Origin: Sedimentisphaerales bacterium
Lineage (GTDB): Bacteria > Planctomycetota > Phycisphaerae > Sedimentisphaerales > SM23-30
Direction: 5' to 3'
Length of the DNA stretch: 64,000 bases
Assembly: GCA_963663965.2 (NCBI GenBank)
Contig: CAXXFK010000010.1
Location: forward strand, 249,593 to 313,592
The position numbers and the translations under genes are program-made. The notes beneath the pieces were generated by a model. That model made no database searches and was not told the origin of the DNA. It saw only the letters and a list, made by a program, of their open reading frames with translations. Positions 1-10,885 of the stretch are shown here, one piece after another; position 1 is the stretch's first letter; every line of letters begins with the position of its first letter.

Positions 1-1
1 G

Positions 2-1093
2 GCGTCGCCATTCGTGATCAACAAACATGCATTCCGGATCGACCTGTTTGGGCGGCAGTGCCGTCAGCATCGGATTCCGCTGGTTTATGTGAATCAGACG
101 GGTGGGAATGATGATCTGATCTTTGACGGGGCCAGTTGCGCCTTTGGCCGGAATGGTGAGTTGATCGCGCAGGCCAGGGATTTTGAGCCGGATCTACTGC
201 TGGTTGATATCGACCGGCCTGAGCAGAACAGCATTGCCTCGGTCAAGAGTGATATCGCGTCGGTGCATGACGCGCTGGTGCTGGGATTGCGTGATTATCT
301 GCGGAAATGCGGGTTTCGGTCGGTAGTACTGGGGCTTTCGGGCGGGATCGATTCGGCGGTAACGGCGGCGATCGCAGTGGAAGCACTGGGAGCGGATAAG
401 GTGACGGGGGTGGCTATGCCCAGCCGGTATTCCAGCGATCACAGTGTGAATGACGCACGGGATCTGGCGGGGAACCTGGGGATTCCATTTCATATCATTC
501 CTATTGAAACGGCGCATTGCGCCATGGAAGAGACGCTGACGGAAATTTTCACCGGGCTGGAATCGGATATTACCGAGGAAAATATTCAGGCAAGGTTGCG
601 GGGCAATATTCTGATGGCTATCAGTAACAAATTCGGGTCGCTGCTGTTAACCACCGGCAATAAAAGCGAACTGGCAGTGGGATACTGCACCATGTATGGT
701 GATATGGCCGGCGGGCTGGCGGTGATCAGCGATGTGCCCAAAATTATGGTCTATCGGCTGGCGAATTACATTAATCGTGAGCGTGAAGTGATCCCGATTT
801 CGACGATTTCCAAGCCGCCATCGGCGGAGTTGAAGCCCGGCCAGGTAGATCAGGATTCGCTGCCGCCATATGAAATCCTGGATGATATACTGGAGCGGTA
901 TGTCGAGCAGGAGCAGTCGTTTCAGCAGATTGTGGATGCGGGATTTGAAAGGGACGTTGTCGGCCGGATTATCCGGCTGGTAGATCGCAATGAATATAAA
1001 CGCAAACAGGCGGCGCCGGGGCTGAAGGTGACCAGTCGAGCTTTTGGGACCGGCCGGCGCATGCCTATCGCGCAGAACTATACCCAGAAATAA
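2..1093 (+). CDS. nadE: Glutamine-dependent NAD+ synthetase (5' end outside the window)
   Basis: Frame is open from the window edge (ASPF nitrilase-domain motif). Contains LGLSGGIDS, ENIQARLRG, TGNKSE, PPSAEL and EYKRKQAAPG synthetase motifs. Confidence 0.95.
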   Translation, partial: ASPFVINKHAFRIDLFGRQCRQHRIPLVYVNQTGGNDDLIFDGASCAFGRNGELIAQARDFEPDLLLVDIDRPEQNSIASVKSDIASVHDALVLGLRDYLRKCGFRSVVLGLSGGIDSAVTAAIAVEALGADKVTGVAMPSRYSSDHSVNDARDLAGNLGIPFHIIPIETAHCAMEETLTEIFTGLESDITEENIQARLRGNILMAISNKFGSLLLTTGNKSELAVGYCTMYGDMAGGLAVISDVPKIMVYRLANYINREREVIPISTISKPPSAELKPGQVDQDSLPPYEILDDILERYVEQEQSFQQIVDAGFERDVVGRIIRLVDRNEYKRKQAAPGLKVTSRAFGTGRRMPIAQNYTQK

Positions 1094-1100
1094 GCCGTTT

Positions 1101-1129
1101 TTGACTCAGTGGCAGGTCGTGCCTATAAT
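1101..1129 (+). promoter_or_regulatory. Sigma70-type promoter
   Basis: TTGACT-17 nt-TATAAT upstream of the thioredoxin-family gene. Confidence 0.7.
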
Positions 1130-1188
1130 CTAATGAATCAGGATGTGTAAAATTTAAACATTACCATTTGATAGAAAAGGATTTATAT

Positions 1189-1770
1189 ATGGTTATGACC
1201 GCTTCTACGATGCTGACTCTCGGTACTAAAGCGCCGGATTTCAGCTTACCGGATATCACAGGAAAGCATGTTTCGCCGGCCGACTTTAAAGACGCAGCCG
1301 GTCTACTGGTGATTTTCTCGTGTAATCACTGTCCATATGTCAAACATGTCATCGATCCGCTGGTTGCTTTGATCAAAGAGTATCAGGCGAAAGGACTGGC
1401 GGTGGTGATGATCAGCGCTAACGATGTTGCCAATTACCCGGAGGACAGTCCCAAGAATATGGCGCTGCTGGCCCGTGAAAAGGGATTTACTTTTCCCTAT
1501 CTTTATGATGAGACGCAGGAGACGGCCCAGGCATATCAGGCGTCGTGTACACCGGACTTTTTCCTGTTCGATAAAGACCAAAAACTGGTGTATCGAGGAC
1601 AACTGGATGATAGCCGACCGGGTAACCAGATCCCGGTGACGGGCAAGGATCTGCGTAGCGCGCTGGATGCTTTGCTGGCGGGCCAAACCGTTTCAGACGA
1701 TCAGCGTCCCAGCGCGGGTTGTAATATTAAATGGAAAAAAGGGAACGAACCGGATTATTTTCCGGCTTGA
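1189..1770 (+). CDS. Thioredoxin-fold AhpC/TSA family redoxin
   Basis: APDFSLP, CNHCPYV, FPYLYDETQ, YRGQLDDSRP and GCNIKW motifs. ATG at 1189 follows AAAAGG. Confidence 0.9.
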   Translation: MVMTASTMLTLGTKAPDFSLPDITGKHVSPADFKDAAGLLVIFSCNHCPYVKHVIDPLVALIKEYQAKGLAVVMISANDVANYPEDSPKNMALLAREKGFTFPYLYDETQETAQAYQASCTPDFFLFDKDQKLVYRGQLDDSRPGNQIPVTGKDLRSALDALLAGQTVSDDQRPSAGCNIKWKKGNEPDYFPA

Positions 1771-1791
1771 CGGGTCTTTAATTCTGCGCAA

Positions 1792-2178
1792 ATCGAGTAG
1801 GCATGGGCTTTGCAGCCCCAACCTCTCACACCACCCGGCGTGCCTGCTCGGTACCGGTCGATTTCCTATGGCATTCCATTCAAATCCCGCCATCTGCGAG
1901 ACAGACTGATCAATCCTCGTTCTTTAAAACCATGGCAAATTCATGGCTTGGTGCGATTGAGGCAGGGCGCTTTTCCGCCAGTAACCCACACCGCTCAATG
2001 CGCCGAGCCAGGCCTGGTATTCGGCGACACCGTGGCAAATAAAGAACTTGGCGGTCGTATAGTTCCGCTTGAGTTGTTTGAGTTTGATGACTCGCAACTT
2101 GCGGCGGATCCAGCCGTCCAGCTTCTTCAGATTCGCGGCGCGGCGGATATGTCGGTAATAATTGAGCCATCCGGTCAT
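1792..2178 (-). mobile_element. 3' remnant of a class C group II intron (maturase C-terminus plus domains V and VI)
   Basis: Minus-strand GWLNYY...LDGWIRRKLR maturase segment, then GACCGGTACCGAGCAGGCACGCCGGGTGGTGTGAGAGG (DV-like) and a DVI hairpin ending CCTACTCGAT, the typical IIC 3' end. Confidence 0.88.
1867..2178 (-). pseudogene. Truncated, frameshifted group II intron RT/maturase fragment
   Basis: Only the X/maturase domain is present. After NLPWF an extra T gives TAA; the shifted frame continues KERGLISLSRRWRDLNGMP*. Confidence 0.8.
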
Positions 2179-2204
2179 GATTCATCCGGTTAAACCGTGA
2201 TTAT

Positions 2205-3872
2205 TCACCATTTCATTACTGCGCCGGTATCTGCTGAAGTGGCCATTCTGGCATATTTACCCAGGGCGCCATGATTAATTCTGGGTTCCGGAGCAAACCA
2301 TTTTTCACGGCGTTTGGCCAGTTCCGCATCCGATAACTGAGCCCGGATTACACCGGCCGGGATATCGATTTCGACAATGTCACCCGGTTCCAGCAATCCG
2401 ATCGGACCGCCTTCCGCGGCTTCCGGACTGATATGCCCGACGCATGCCCCCCGCGTGCCTCCGCTGAAACGGCCATCCGTAATCAACGCCACACTGTCCC
2501 CCAATCCGGCGCCCATAATATAGCTTGTCGGACTAAGCATTTCCTGCATTCCGGGGCCACCCTTGGGGCCTTCATAGCGAATCACCACAACGTCTCCGGA
2601 CTTGACCTTGCCACCCAGAATACCGGCACAAGCCTCCTCCTGACTTTCAAAAATAACAGCCGGACCGCTATGACGAAGCATTTTTTCCGATACACCGGCG
2701 CTCTTGACAACACAACCTTTTGGCGCCAGGTTACCCTTTAAAATCGATAAGCCGCCCTTGGCCGAATAGGCATTGTCCAGAGGGCGTATACAAACCGGGT
2801 CCTTAATGTCAGCCTGAGCGATATTCTCTCCCAGGGTCTTAGTCGTGACGGTAATACAATCCGGTTTGATCAGTCCAGGCACTTTGCTGATCTCTTTCAA
2901 GATCGCACTGATCCCGCCGGCCTCATGGACATCTTCAATATGATAAGAACTGGAAGGCGAAACTTTGCAAATGGTCGGGGTCCGGCCGGCAATTTCCGCA
3001 ATCTGGTTCAAAGTATAATCGATCCCGGCTTCATGGGCCACCGCCAGCGTATGCAGAATGGTATTAGTAGACCCACCCATAGCCACATCCAGAGCGATGG
3101 CATTATCCAGTGCCGATTTAGTCAATATATCCCTGGGCTTAATATCTTTTGCAATCAATTCCATAATTTTTTCGGCAGCAGCACGATATAAACTCTCGCG
3201 CCGTGGATCCACTGCCGGAATCGTGCCATTGCCCGGCAATGCCAGCCCAATCGCTTCACACAGGCAGTTCATACTGTTGGCCGTAAACATACCGGAACAA
3301 CTGCCACAGGTCGGACACCCTTTGTCTTCCAGCTCTTTGAGCTGATTTTCATTAATTTTCCGGGCGTTGTAAGCCGCCACCCCTTCGAAAATGGAGATCA
3401 AATCCACCGCTTTGCCATCAGACGTCTTGCCGGCTTTCATCGGTCCGCCAGACACAAAAATCGTGGGAATATTGACCCGCATGGCAGCCATTAACATGCC
3501 GGGGACAATTTTGTCACAATTGGGAATGCAAATCATGCCGTCAAAACAATGCGCCCGAACCATCGTTTCAACGGAATCGGCGATAATTTCCCGGCTTGAC
3601 AATGAATATTTCATCCCGGTATGGCCCATTGCCACGCCGTCACAAACCCCTATGGTATTGAACACAAACGGCACTCCCCCAGCGACCCTTACCGCATTTT
3701 TAATAAACTGCCCCACTTCATTTAAATGAACATGACCAGGAATAATGTCGACATGGCTATTGCAAATGGCGATAAACGGCTTACCCATATCTTCATCTTT
3801 GATACCGCACGCCTTCAACAGCCCACGATGCGGGGCTCGCTCAAAACCTTTTTTGACCATATCCGAATTCAT
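2205..3872 (-). CDS. ilvD: Dihydroxy-acid dehydratase
   Basis: [50 protein letters not shown] and TDGRFSGGT motifs. GGAG precedes the ATG at 3872. Confidence 0.97.
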   Translation of the reverse strand: MNSDMVKKGFERAPHRGLLKACGIKDEDMGKPFIAICNSHVDIIPGHVHLNEVGQFIKNAVRVAGGVPFVFNTIGVCDGVAMGHTGMKYSLSSREIIADSVETMVRAHCFDGMICIPNCDKIVPGMLMAAMRVNIPTIFVSGGPMKAGKTSDGKAVDLISIFEGVAAYNARKINENQLKELEDKGCPTCGSCSGMFTANSMNCLCEAIGLALPGNGTIPAVDPRRESLYRAAAEKIMELIAKDIKPRDILTKSALDNAIALDVAMGGSTNTILHTLAVAHEAGIDYTLNQIAEIAGRTPTICKVSPSSSYHIEDVHEAGGISAILKEISKVPGLIKPDCITVTTKTLGENIAQADIKDPVCIRPLDNAYSAKGGLSILKGNLAPKGCVVKSAGVSEKMLRHSGPAVIFESQEEACAGILGGKVKSGDVVVIRYEGPKGGPGMQEMLSPTSYIMGAGLGDSVALITDGRFSGGTRGACVGHISPEAAEGGPIGLLEPGDIVEIDIPAGVIRAQLSDAELAKRREKWFAPEPRINHGALGKYARMATSADTGAVMKW

Positions 3873-4112
3873 AACTGTCTCCATATTTATATAAATGGTA
3901 AATAATTATCAGTTTTTTGTGCAAAACCGATAGTATAATGGAAATGCCTTATTTGAACAGCTAAATTTCTTCTGAAATATAACCGATGGATTCTGGTTAC
4001 TATCTGAAACAGATTTACCGTTACATGCTATACACTAAATATAATTTTCGTTATTTTCTCACATTACAAACAGTTATAGCAATCTAAATCACTACGCTAA
4101 CCTGGAGATATC

Positions 4113-4616
4113 ATGATTCAAGCTACCATTAAAACCAACCGGGGTGATATTAAACTGAAACTATTTGCCGACAAAACCCCGGTTACGGTTGCCAATTTTG
4201 TTAATCTCGCCCAGCGAGGCTTTTACAATGGAATAAAATTTCACCGGGTGATCGCCAACTTTATGATCCAGGCCGGATGCCCCCACGGGATCGGCACCGG
4301 AGGCCCCGGTTATCAATTTCAGGATGAGTTTGATCCTTCTCTCAAACACGACAAACCGGGCATTCTTTCCATGGCTAATGCCGGACCTGGCACCAACGGC
4401 AGTCAGTTTTTTATTACCCATGTCGAAACACCCTGGCTTGACAGGAAACATTCTGTTTTTGGACAGATTATGGAGCCAGCAGACCAGAAAGTCGTCGACA
4501 GTATCCGCCAGGGCGATAAAATCGAGACGATTGAGATCCTTGGCGACATCTCGGAACTTATGGAAAGCAATAAAGAGTTTATCGAAGCGTGCAACCAGAT
4601 ATTAGAAAATAATTGA
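4113..4616 (+). CDS. Cyclophilin-type peptidyl-prolyl cis-trans isomerase
   Basis: [32 protein letters not shown] and [10 protein letters not shown] motifs. Confidence 0.95.
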   Translation: MIQATIKTNRGDIKLKLFADKTPVTVANFVNLAQRGFYNGIKFHRVIANFMIQAGCPHGIGTGGPGYQFQDEFDPSLKHDKPGILSMANAGPGTNGSQFFITHVETPWLDRKHSVFGQIMEPADQKVVDSIRQGDKIETIEILGDISELMESNKEFIEACNQILENN

Positions 4617-4754
4617 GCGCTTGATTTCTGATGCATATCAAAAAACAAACTCTAACTTTTACAAAATAAATTTGTGGGATTCTCCTGGGCATTTCGCCTG
4701 GTCAATTCCATTTCTATTCCAACAGGCGATTCTATCAATTACCGTCTATTGACG

Positions 4755-5675
4755 CTATAATTCATTCTGTATACGAATAAGCCCATCATAAATCATTTCT
4801 AATTCAGGCGTATCCACCTGTCTGGCCTGAGCCCTCCGAAGCGGTTCGCCAAATATCGATTCGATCTCCATCGGGCGCCCCTGTAAACGATCCAGATGCA
4901 TCGAAGTATAATAAGGCGCCATTTTTATCGTATTTGTCATCATGGCATCAAGAAATTCATCACTGATCTCCAGTTGATAAGCACGCGCGATATTCTGTAT
5001 CTCCTTCATTAGCCGCATGCATCGTTCCTGTAACGCCTGATCGCGAACGATCACATCCACTGTTTTATCCAGCCATGTCGACAAACCATTAAACGGCACA
5101 TTCCAGACCAGTTTTTTCCAGCGCGACAAGGCCAGATTCTCAACCACCTGACAATCAATATCACTTTGAATCATAATATCCGCAAAATCTCTAATTCGCT
5201 GATCTGATTCTCGTAAATAATTGCCAATATGAATATGACCATAATCCAGATGTTCAATAACACCTGCTTCTGTTCGATTGGAACAGATAAAAGCCAATCC
5301 CCCGGCGATTTGTTCGACGCAGAACAAACTCGCCAGTATTTCTTCATTCCCCAAACCATTTTGAGCGGTCAATATCAGAGTATTCGGTCCAGTCAAAGGG
5401 TGTATCAGAGATTCATAATTATCTTTTGCGGTGGTTTTCAGTCCAATAAAAACTACGTCCGATATTCCTATTTCATTAACATCCGTATAACATTTTACCT
5501 CTTTAAGGTAAAAATCCCCGCGACAACTTTTTACCCGTAAGCCACACCTCTTGACTATCTCATAATCCCTTCGCATCAGGAAATGGACGTTAAATCCGGC
5601 ATATGCCATTTTTGCCCCATAATACCCCCCCAGCGCCCCGCTTCCAACGATTGTAATTTTTGCTGTTTTTTTCAT
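4755..5675 (-). CDS. panE: 2-dehydropantoate 2-reductase (ketopantoate reductase family)
   Basis: GSGALGGYYG Rossmann motif, QNGLGNEE, WKKLVWN, SMHLD and MEIESI. Start uncertain (5675 or 5699). Confidence 0.88.
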   Translation of the reverse strand: MKKTAKITIVGSGALGGYYGAKMAYAGFNVHFLMRRDYEIVKRCGLRVKSCRGDFYLKEVKCYTDVNEIGISDVVFIGLKTTAKDNYESLIHPLTGPNTLILTAQNGLGNEEILASLFCVEQIAGGLAFICSNRTEAGVIEHLDYGHIHIGNYLRESDQRIRDFADIMIQSDIDCQVVENLALSRWKKLVWNVPFNGLSTWLDKTVDVIVRDQALQERCMRLMKEIQNIARAYQLEISDEFLDAMMTNTIKMAPYYTSMHLDRLQGRPMEIESIFGEPLRRAQARQVDTPELEMIYDGLIRIQNEL

Positions 5676-5852
5676 ATTTTTAATTTTTTCTGATACCAAT
5701 TCAAAATTTATGACATGTTTATAATGTGGAGAAGTTGTTGCAGATATGTTAGTCCCTCCACCATCTATCTGGTACTACCATTCAGATTGCAATTACTTTT
5801 ATCAGTATTGATATTTACTATTAAATGCTTTGTATTAAAGGTATCGATTTTT

Positions 5853-5881
5853 TTGACAAGCATCATTTTATAGTATATACT
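5853..5881 (+). promoter_or_regulatory. Sigma70 promoter of dnaG-rpoD
   Basis: TTGACA-17 nt-TATACT. Confidence 0.75.
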
Positions 5882-5962
5882 TACTTGTTTATAAAAAAAC
5901 CAAGATTTTTTAGTGCTTAAACCAGACCCAAACTATAAATTTTAACCTGAAACTAGAGAAAG

Positions 5963-7786
5963 ATGTCGGGGAGTGCTGTGCCGGCATATTTTGAAGAAAC
6001 GCATGTGCGTCAAATATTGCAAGCTGTTGATATCGTTGGACTTATCAGCAGCTATCTCTCGTTGAAACCACAAGGCAAAGATTTTGTGGGGCTTTGTCCA
6101 TTTCATGACGATCATCGTCCCAGTATGCATGTAAGCCCTTCCAAACAAATTTTCAAATGTTTTTCCTGTGGCGCAGGAGGCAATATTTTCCAATTTATGA
6201 TGCTGCGTGAACGCTTAACCTTTCCTGAAGCTGTCAAACTGCTGGCTGAAAAGGCAGGAATTCAGTTACCCCAACGCCAGCAACCCACGGCAAAAGGACT
6301 GGACAGAACTGACCTGGAAAAGGTCAACCGCTGGGCAGCTGATTTTTTCCGTCAATTGTTAATAAATCCCGTTACCGGCAAACGGGCTCGCAATTATGTA
6401 AAACAACGCGGCATAAACGACGAATACAGTGAGTTTTTTCAACTGGGATGGGCTCCGGATAGCTGGGATAGCCTGCTCAATGCCGCCAAAGCGGATAATA
6501 TCCCCCTGGATCAGCTCAGCCACCTTGGATTGCTCGTTCAGCGGGAAACGGGTGGTTTTTACGACCGTTTTCGTGAACGGCTGATTTTCCCGGTACGGGA
6601 TAACCTGGGCCGATTTATCGCCTTTGGCGGCCGCACTTTAGGCGACGATCCGGCCAAGTACCTGAACAGTCCCGAGAGTTCTCTTTTTGATAAAAGCCGT
6701 GCGCTTTATGGGATTTTTGCCGCCAAAGACGCAATCCATAAACAAAAGTGCGTCATTGTCGTAGAAGGCTACACAGACTGCATTATGGCCCATCAAATGG
6801 GCATTTCTAATGTAGTTGCAACCTTGGGCACCGCTCTGACCGAAGAGCATGCCCGGATTTTATCACGATATACCGACAAGATCATCCTGATGTTCGATGG
6901 CGACACTGCCGGCCGCAAAGCCGCGGACCGCGCCACCGAAATCTTTTTTAAACAACGTATGGAAGTCAGTATCGCTACATTATCCGACAACCGCGATCCA
7001 TGTGATTTCCTGCTTCAGGAGGGACCCGAGTCATTCCTGAAGGAGATGGAAGCCGCGTCGGACGCACTCGAATTCAAATGGCGCCAGATGCTTGACAATC
7101 TTCAGGCCCAGGACGGCATCAAAGGCCGTGCGCGCGCGATCGAATTATTCCTGGAATTGATAGCCGATGCAACACTTTCCGGGCATATGGACCAGATCAG
7201 CCAGGGATTCCTGCTAAATCGGGTATCCAAACTGGTTGAGCGTCCGGTCAATTCAGTACACCAGACTGTTGCACGCATGCAGGCTCGCAAAAAAACGCCC
7301 GCAAAACAGGAGCATGCGATCAGTTCACCCCGGACAATCTCATTTGATGGCCTGACTAATGCCTGGCAGGAGATTATCGAAGTATTGCTGAACGAACCGG
7401 AAAGGTTTGAACAGATTGCCCAGGCGATAACGGAGCTGCCTGAACTGGCCGATCCGGAATTGAATCAGATTCTCAGGCTTGTCAGGCATAGTTGCAGCGT
7501 TAATCACGCCCGCAACTTGAGCGAAATTCTTGCCGGTTGTGAAAGTCCACTACTTTGCGCCCGGATAACCGACCTGGCTGATCGCGGCGGCAAGCGCGGC
7601 AATTTTGACCAGACACTCGACGGAGCGCTGGCTTATATCCAACGTTCCCAAGAGAAGCAAAACAGGCAGGATATTCGTCAACTGGTCAGCGCAAACGCTC
7701 AAGACCTGGGGCCAGAAGCGCAAACCGCCATGTTGCAGGAATTGCAAATGCGATTGCAGACAAACCATCGAATCAATCTGAATTAA
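5963..7786 (+). CDS. dnaG: DNA primase
   Basis: CPFHDD...CFSC zinc finger, FGGR, KYLNSPE, VEGYTD and TOPRIM FDGDTAG. Confidence 0.97.
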   Translation: MSGSAVPAYFEETHVRQILQAVDIVGLISSYLSLKPQGKDFVGLCPFHDDHRPSMHVSPSKQIFKCFSCGAGGNIFQFMMLRERLTFPEAVKLLAEKAGIQLPQRQQPTAKGLDRTDLEKVNRWAADFFRQLLINPVTGKRARNYVKQRGINDEYSEFFQLGWAPDSWDSLLNAAKADNIPLDQLSHLGLLVQRETGGFYDRFRERLIFPVRDNLGRFIAFGGRTLGDDPAKYLNSPESSLFDKSRALYGIFAAKDAIHKQKCVIVVEGYTDCIMAHQMGISNVVATLGTALTEEHARILSRYTDKIILMFDGDTAGRKAADRATEIFFKQRMEVSIATLSDNRDPCDFLLQEGPESFLKEMEAASDALEFKWRQMLDNLQAQDGIKGRARAIELFLELIADATLSGHMDQISQGFLLNRVSKLVERPVNSVHQTVARMQARKKTPAKQEHAISSPRTISFDGLTNAWQEIIEVLLNEPERFEQIAQAITELPELADPELNQILRLVRHSCSVNHARNLSEILAGCESPLLCARITDLADRGGKRGNFDQTLDGALAYIQRSQEKQNRQDIRQLVSANAQDLGPEAQTAMLQELQMRLQTNHRINLN

Positions 7787-7911
7787 ACACCATGCCTTTC
7801 ACGGAAAGGCATAATGACTGTTATTCTCGAATGGATCCGTTGATCCACTTGAGCAGAATAAACTTAACCTTACCGGTTTTTTGTTAACCGGCTTGAACGA
7901 ATGAGACAGAG

Positions 7912-9642
7912 TTGCAAACACTACCAGAAATTGATCACGGAGAGTCGAAGTTGGCTGAGAAAACGAACGAAAACATGAACCTTAACGAGAGCCTGAAAGG
8001 ATTGATCGAAAAAGGCAAGGAGCGCGGCTATATCACCTATGAGGAGATGAACGACGAGTTGCCTGAAGATAATATATCACCAGATCACCTGGACAATCTT
8101 TTAATGGCCCTGGATGATATGGGTGTCGACCTGATCGACGAAACCGAACTCGAAAAACGAATCGCCGAAGAAGACACGCCCCATTTTGAAGAATCAAGCC
8201 CTGATGAGGATTTCTTTGGCGGCGAGCAACGGATCGATGATCCGGTGCGAATGTACCTTACCCAGATGGGTGAAATCCCCCTGCTTACCCGGGATGAAGA
8301 AATTGCTCTGGCCCGACGGATTGAACTGGCTCGCATGGCGTTTCGTCGCCGGATCCTCGAAAACGATTACTGCATGGAACAGGCCATTGCCATACTTGAA
8401 CAGGTGGAACACAGCGACCTTCCCTTTGATCGGACTATGCGGATTTCCACCGCCGACCACCAAGCTAAAAATGCCGTTCTGAAACGGATTCCTAATAATA
8501 TCACCACGGTTCGAAAAATTATTGAACTTAATAAAAACGACTGGCTGGAGATGAACCGTTCTGAAGATCCGGCCGTCAAAATCAAATTGCGGGTCCAGAT
8601 CAAACAGCGTCGGCGCCGGGCGGCCGCACTACTGGAAGAGCTGGCCTTACGGACCAGCCGCATTCAACCCCTGCTAAACAAACTCGAGGGAATTCTCAGA
8701 AAACTGGAAACGCTTCAGGACCAGTTAGCCAATCCCAAAAAATACAACCTGAACCCAGAAGATATTCAGGTGATTGAGGATGAACTGGCCGGCATTAAAG
8801 AAATGGTGCTTGAAGACATCAACTCCCTGCGCAAATTCTATACTAAAACCCGCAGAGTTTTCAAGGAATATGAAAACGCCAAACGTAAACTCAGCGGCGC
8901 CAACCTGCGACTGGTCGTGTCTATCGCCAAGAAATATCGCAATCGTGGTCTCAGCTTCCTCGATATCATCCAGGAAGGCAACACCGGCCTGATGCGCGCC
9001 GTCGATAAATATGAGTATAAACGCGGTTATAAATTCAGCACTTACGCCACCTGGTGGATACGCCAGGCGATTACCCGTTCGATCGCCGATCATGCCCGTA
9101 CGATCCGTATCCCGGTTCACATGATCGAAACCATGAGCCGGATCCGTAACGCCAGTAAAAAGCTTCAACAGGAAATGGGCGTTGAACCCACCATTGAAGA
9201 AATTGCCGAAGCAGTCGATATGCCGGTATCCGAAGTTCGACGTGTTATGAAAATCTCCCGGCATCCCATCAGCCTGGATCGACCAGTGGGTGAAAGCGAA
9301 GACAGCTATTTTGGCGACTTTATCGAAGATGACGCCGCCGAATCCCCCATTGTGTCGGCGACCCATGAAATGCTTAAGGAACGTATCGACGCGGTATTAA
9401 AAACCTTGACTTACCGTGAACGCGAAATTATTAAACTTCGTTATGGCATCGGCGATGGATACACCTATACGCTAGAAGAAGTGGGCCGCATATTCAAGGT
9501 CACCCGTGAACGCGTTCGACAGGTTGAAGCCAAGGCGATCCGGAAATTACAACATCCGGTCCGATCGCGCAAACTGGAAGGCTTCATGGATAAAATCGAC
9601 CGTAAGGCCATGCAATTCGACGAATTTGAAACCGAAGAATAA
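7912..9642 (+). CDS. rpoD: RNA polymerase primary sigma factor
   Basis: Region 1.1, [37 protein letters not shown] and TLEEVG...TRERVRQ. Follows dnaG. True start may be 7951 or 7975. Confidence 0.97.
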   Translation: MQTLPEIDHGESKLAEKTNENMNLNESLKGLIEKGKERGYITYEEMNDELPEDNISPDHLDNLLMALDDMGVDLIDETELEKRIAEEDTPHFEESSPDEDFFGGEQRIDDPVRMYLTQMGEIPLLTRDEEIALARRIELARMAFRRRILENDYCMEQAIAILEQVEHSDLPFDRTMRISTADHQAKNAVLKRIPNNITTVRKIIELNKNDWLEMNRSEDPAVKIKLRVQIKQRRRRAAALLEELALRTSRIQPLLNKLEGILRKLETLQDQLANPKKYNLNPEDIQVIEDELAGIKEMVLEDINSLRKFYTKTRRVFKEYENAKRKLSGANLRLVVSIAKKYRNRGLSFLDIIQEGNTGLMRAVDKYEYKRGYKFSTYATWWIRQAITRSIADHARTIRIPVHMIETMSRIRNASKKLQQEMGVEPTIEEIAEAVDMPVSEVRRVMKISRHPISLDRPVGESEDSYFGDFIEDDAAESPIVSATHEMLKERIDAVLKTLTYREREIIKLRYGIGDGYTYTLEEVGRIFKVTRERVRQVEAKAIRKLQHPVRSRKLEGFMDKIDRKAMQFDEFETEE

Positions 9643-9698
9643 TACTCACAAATTGACAGTACTAACCGCTGCTCTCCGCCGGTTTTTTATGCCCCGAT

Positions 9699-10592
9699 TT
9701 AACCGATATGCTCCACCAGCGCCGAGAGTTGCGTACTGATTAACATCAGATAATGCAGTTCATGATGACTGTAAGGATCCTGATCACAGCCGTTATCCAG
9801 ATAGATAACGCCATAAACCCCGGCCGGCGAGGTGATGGGTGTGGCAATCGCTGAACAGATTCTCTGAATGGCCGGATTCTGGCGAACGTCATCAGTAAAA
9901 AACTCACCAAAGTTAGTCAATAACATAAATGATTGTTCTTGGATTGAGTGACGGATCACATCTTTGCCCGCCAGTCCCTCGATACTGATATGCGAACCAT
10001 CGCGGATCAATCCCTTATGGCAAGTCAGCGGTCCATCAGAAGTTTCTCGCAAGCCGATCCAGATATGATACCCTTTCAGCTGTTTGATTAATATCGACGC
10101 CAGACTTTCCAGCAAAGCTTCTTCATCTGTCTGTCCAAACAGTTGCAGATTCAAATAATACAAATCCTGTAACTGTTTTGCATTCAAGTGAATCATAGGA
10201 ATCGATTTGCAGGAAACTTTATAAAAACCAGAAGCATCGATATGCTGTCCCACCATCGTGTCATCCATATCCACAGGGGTGCCGGCATGCTGGGCGCTGA
10301 TCGCCTGATCAAAATGTACTTCCATACAGAAATCGGCGATCCCGACGACATCCCCTTCATGCAATTCATCCCGTTGTATCATCCGTCCGTTTAATAAGGT
10401 GCAATTGGATGATTGCAAGTCCTGAACAAACCATTGTCCCGTTGCATTCGTAAACAGGACGGCATGTTGCCTGGATATGGTCCGGTCTGGCAGATAAATC
10501 TGACAAGATGCTTTCCGGCCGATATAAACTGGACCATCGGTAAACCGAAGTTCATTTATCAACGTACCACCTCGTCGTATCGTCAATCTCAT
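9699..10592 (-). CDS. FHA domain plus GAF domain signalling protein
   Basis: IGR...ISRQHA...DLQSSN FHA motifs and C-terminal SAIATPI...GVIYLDN GAF motif. Confidence 0.85.
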   Translation of the reverse strand: MRLTIRRGGTLINELRFTDGPVYIGRKASCQIYLPDRTISRQHAVLFTNATGQWFVQDLQSSNCTLLNGRMIQRDELHEGDVVGIADFCMEVHFDQAISAQHAGTPVDMDDTMVGQHIDASGFYKVSCKSIPMIHLNAKQLQDLYYLNLQLFGQTDEEALLESLASILIKQLKGYHIWIGLRETSDGPLTCHKGLIRDGSHISIEGLAGKDVIRHSIQEQSFMLLTNFGEFFTDDVRQNPAIQRICSAIATPITSPAGVYGVIYLDNGCDQDPYSHHELHYLMLISTQLSALVEHIG

Positions 10593-10885
10593 ACATAGAC
10601 CCTTTGTTATAGAACGGTTTATTTAAATTATATCTTGCGACTGCGTGCAAGTCAAACAATCGCCTGATAAAACCAATTTAATAACTTCAATTCAAATTAC
10701 AGGGAACAACTCTGCTGTTCCGGCTAGTACCGGAGGCATTTTATAAAAAGTAATTTATCAACCTGTATTTTTTACTTATTTAGACAAATCCTTTTCAGCC
10801 AGATTTAAGCCCTGTAAATTACCGGTTGTCACGCTATAATATCAGGTAAACCCAAAATTCATAACAATATTGCCAATTAAATGAT

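Noticed and set aside
5700..5960. AT-rich region as a replication origin
   Set aside because: No cluster of DnaA boxes. It is explained by divergent promoters.
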